50,410 bases of DNA from Parvularia atlantis (taxonomy: Eukaryota): contig CALSCO010001240.1 in the NCBI GenBank assembly GCA_943704415.1, positions 1 to 50,410 of the forward strand. Direction: 5' to 3'. The translations under genes were made by a program, and so were the position numbers. Shown piece after piece: positions 49,659-50,410 of this stretch. Every line of letters starts with the position of its first letter. Position 1 is the first letter of the stretch. Under the pieces are notes generated by a model. The model saw nothing but the letters and a program-made list of their open reading frames with translations, was not told the origin of the DNA and did not search any database.

Positions 49659-50410
49659 ATGGCCACCGCGCGGCGGGCGACGTCGCGCACGGTGTCGCAC
49701 GACTCGGCCACGATCCAAGTGCACGCCGCTACTGGCCCGTATCCCACCCTGACGGCGGCGCGGCGCAGGCCGACGTGCTCGCGCTCGGCGCGGCCACACT
49801 GCGGCGGCTGGACGGCGACGAGACGCTGCGCCTCGGCTCGCTCTGGCTCGACCGGCCCTGCGTGCTCGTGCTCGTGCGGCGCACGGGCTGCTACCGCTGC
49901 CTGGCCGCGGCGCAGCTGCTATCGGCGGCGCGGGCCCAGTTCGATGCGCTCAACGTGCAGCTCGTGGCCATCACGCACCAGTGCGCCACGCCCGGTGACC
50001 GCGAGGACGCGGCCGTGTACCAACGGCGCTTCGCGGGCACGGTCCTGGCCGACCCATCGGCCAGCGCGTTCAAGGCAGCCAAGGTCAACACGTTTCTGGG
50101 TGCGTGGGCGGCGCGCGGCGTGCGTGGGCGGGCCGGGCCGGCTGAGCGCGCGCGGCAGGCTTTGTGAGCAACTTCCGCTCATCGCTGCTCCACGGCGGGC
50201 CCGAGTTCAGCGCACTCGTGATGGAGCTGAAGGCGGCCGGCAACGGGCGCGGGGTCAGCCTGAACGGTGCGCACAGCACGGAGGGCGTGCGCAGGCAGCT
50301 GACGCCGCAGGGCGGGGCAGGGTCAGCGGTGTACGTGATTGAGCCGGGCGACCCGGGCCGCATCGTCTTCGAGCAGCGGTGCGCGCGGCGGTGGCTGAGT
50401 GCCCCCCGGG
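49659..50410 (+). CDS. Peroxiredoxin-like 2 / AhpC-TSA (FAM213/AAED1-type) thioredoxin-fold protein, 3' end outside the window
   Basis: LGSLWLDRPCVLVLVRRTGCYRC..LNVQLVAI..VLADPSASAFKA..QGGAGSAVYVIEPG..IVFEQR; CxxC motif. Confidence 0.8.

Noticed and set aside
49880..49902. Selenoprotein U-type recoding in the PRXL2-like gene
   Set aside because: The motif is plain CYRC with no in-frame TGA.

Overview
About 50 kb of very GC-rich, gene-dense eukaryotic nuclear DNA with many short introns (mostly about 30-80 nt; donor GTGCG(C/T), branch-like GCTGAC/GCTCAC, acceptor CGCAG). The ORF track therefore shows exon fragments and shadow ORFs, and I assembled the gene models by hand. The gene content (IP3R-type channel, atypical E2F, WDR41, RSBN1, fungal-like RBMX2 N-terminus) suggests a unicellular opisthokont or close relative; that assignment is inference only. 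The left 14 kb is a birth-and-death tandem array of seven paralogous 7TM genes (5 intact, 2 pseudogenes) resembling class C/GABA-B GPCR membrane domains but with no Venus-flytrap ectodomain. It is interrupted by a multipass XK-like + receptor L-domain gene. The rest holds a second 7TM gene, VPS36, WDR41, E2F7/8-like, RPB2, a START protein, Pumilio, a GPI-anchored protein, an N-terminally truncated IP3R, a DEK-like/C2H2 protein, RSBN1, ARPC2, RBMX2 and a PRXL2-like gene. The most striking observations are a headless IP3R whose S6 gate reads [10 protein letters not shown] instead of LNLIFGVIID, a CUE domain inserted into the VPS36 GLUE domain where yeast has NZF fingers, an apparently circularly permuted TIM-barrel GPI protein, and the XK-like/L-domain fusion. 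All family assignments come from recalled motifs; no database search was run.
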